Positions 63,296 to 64,000 of a DNA stretch of 64,000 bases are shown here, piece after piece. The stretch comes from an uncultured Verrucomicrobiota bacterium (GTDB lineage: Bacteria; Verrucomicrobiota; Verrucomicrobiia; Verrucomicrobiales; Akkermansiaceae): positions 12,256 through 76,255 of the forward strand of contig CAKNAS010000009.1 in NCBI GenBank assembly GCA_929200745.1, in the 5' to 3' direction. The notes beneath the pieces were generated by a model, which saw only the letters and a program-made list of their open reading frames with translations, searched no databases and had not been told where the DNA came from. The translations under genes were made by a program, and so were the position numbers. The number at the start of each line of letters is the position of its first letter. The first letter of the stretch is position 1.

Positions 63296-63315
63296 CCTAT
63301 CACTCACTTGATAGG
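63296..63315. promoter_or_regulatory. inverted repeat CCTATCA-N6-TGATAGG upstream of the AEC transporter gene (candidate operator)
   Basis: Perfect 7-bp arms read directly: cctatca (63296-63302) / tgatagg (63309-63315). It lies about 90-105 nt upstream of the candidate starts. Confidence 0.2.
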
Positions 63316-63401
63316 TGAACACAACAAAGACGCCCAATGGGGATGTTGTGCGTATTGAATTTAAAATCAGCGCATTGAGTTCGTGTCATCGTTCAGAGAT
63401 C

Positions 63402-64000
63402 ATGCTTACAATGACATCCATGCAAGAAAGTCTGCTGGTCCTCCAAGCTGCGTTCCCCATCTATATCATTGTGGCCTTGGGTGCAGTGCTGCGCCGGACT
63501 TCAGTATTGAAGCCGGAAATGGACAAGGGAATCATGACGATGGTGGTGAACCTGCTATATCCCTGCCTGATTCTTGATAAAATGTTAGGCTCTGAGATTT
63601 TACGAGATGCCGGTGTGGTGACATCGGCGGCAGGGATTGGTTTCCTGGTCATCGCATCAGGAATGATGTTAGGTCTAGTGATTGCTCGGTTGATGGGGTT
63701 GGAGAAAGGTGGTGGTAGGAGGACATTTGCGATGAGCAGTGGCTTGCAGAATTACGGCTACATCGCGCTTCCTTTGATGCTCTATGTTTTCCCCGATGAT
63801 AACAACGTGCTGGCGGTTCTTTTTACCCATAACCTTGGGGTAGAAATTGCGGTGTGGACGGTTGGGCTGATGTTGATATCGGGAGATATGAAGCCGTCAT
63901 GGCGGGCATTTATGAAAGGGCCGATCCTTGCGGTTGTTCTTGGAGTTTTGATGGTTCAGACAGGGGGGGATCAGCATATGCCGAACGTGCTGACATCGGT
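63402..64000 (+). CDS. AEC-family (auxin efflux carrier/membrane transport protein PF03547-like) transporter, 3'-truncated by the window end; not in the supplied ORF track
   Basis: Hand translation: M(LTMTS)MQESLLVLQAAFPIYIIVALGAVLRRTSVLKPEMDKGIMTMVVNLLYPCLILDKML...FAMSSGLQNYGYIALPLM... The frame stays open to nt 64000. Candidate ATGs are at 63402, 63411 and 63420. Confidence 0.7.
   Translation, partial: MLTMTSMQESLLVLQAAFPIYIIVALGAVLRRTSVLKPEMDKGIMTMVVNLLYPCLILDKMLGSEILRDAGVVTSAAGIGFLVIASGMMLGLVIARLMGLEKGGGRRTFAMSSGLQNYGYIALPLMLYVFPDDNNVLAVLFTHNLGVEIAVWTVGLMLISGDMKPSWRAFMKGPILAVVLGVLMVQTGGDQHMPNVLTS

Noticed and set aside
1-64000. A search by eye for CRISPR arrays, tandem or interspersed DNA repeats, IS/transposase/integrase genes, toxin-antitoxin pairs, restriction-modification or other defence genes, and rRNA/tRNA genes.
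   Set aside because: None was found. Every ORF over 150 aa is accounted for by the calls above, and the intergenic regions are short and non-repetitive. A computational repeat or ncRNA scan (Rfam, tRNAscan, self-dotplot) could still reveal elements I cannot see manually.

Overview
The window is a gene-dense, almost entirely protein-coding chromosomal segment with about 55 CDSs on both strands. By eye I found no rRNA, tRNA, CRISPR array, IS/transposase, integrase or prophage genes. Most genes are housekeeping and are recognisable from catalytic motifs: cdaA (partial), bioD, ubiE/menG, hisC, mnmE, lptF/G, floA, chrA, lipA, scpA, polA, rlmI, cstA, bioB, uvrB, pdxA and recQ. The gene content includes LptF/G, a GH2 + SGLT-type symporter + DUF5107/TPR sugar operon, a sulfatase-like protein, many lipobox or secreted hypotheticals and menaquinone-type ubiE. 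This suggests a Gram-negative marine or host-associated heterotroph, possibly of the PVC/Verrucomicrobiota type, but that is a low-confidence inference. I see no clear-cut new defence or mobile system. The most unusual items are as follows. (1) A lower-GC two-gene operon encodes a glycosyl-3-phosphoglycerate phosphatase plus a 995-aa fusion of a GpgS/MpgS-like glycosyltransferase to a GH13_18 sucrose/glucosylglycerate-phosphorylase domain. (2) bioB is followed by a divergent Cys-His-His ketoacyl-ACP synthase that is translationally coupled to a signal-peptide-less YkuD (L,D-transpeptidase-fold) protein. (3) A GH2-symporter-DUF5107/TPR operon. (4) A sulfatase homologue has lost all three residues of the CxPxR formylglycine motif. 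(5) A trio of secreted proteins of unknown function. (6) A two-AP2-domain protein is the only recognisable DNA-binding regulator in 64 kb. One partial gene, an AEC-family transporter, runs off the 3' end and is missing from the supplied ORF track. All family assignments come from motif recognition by eye; no database search was possible.
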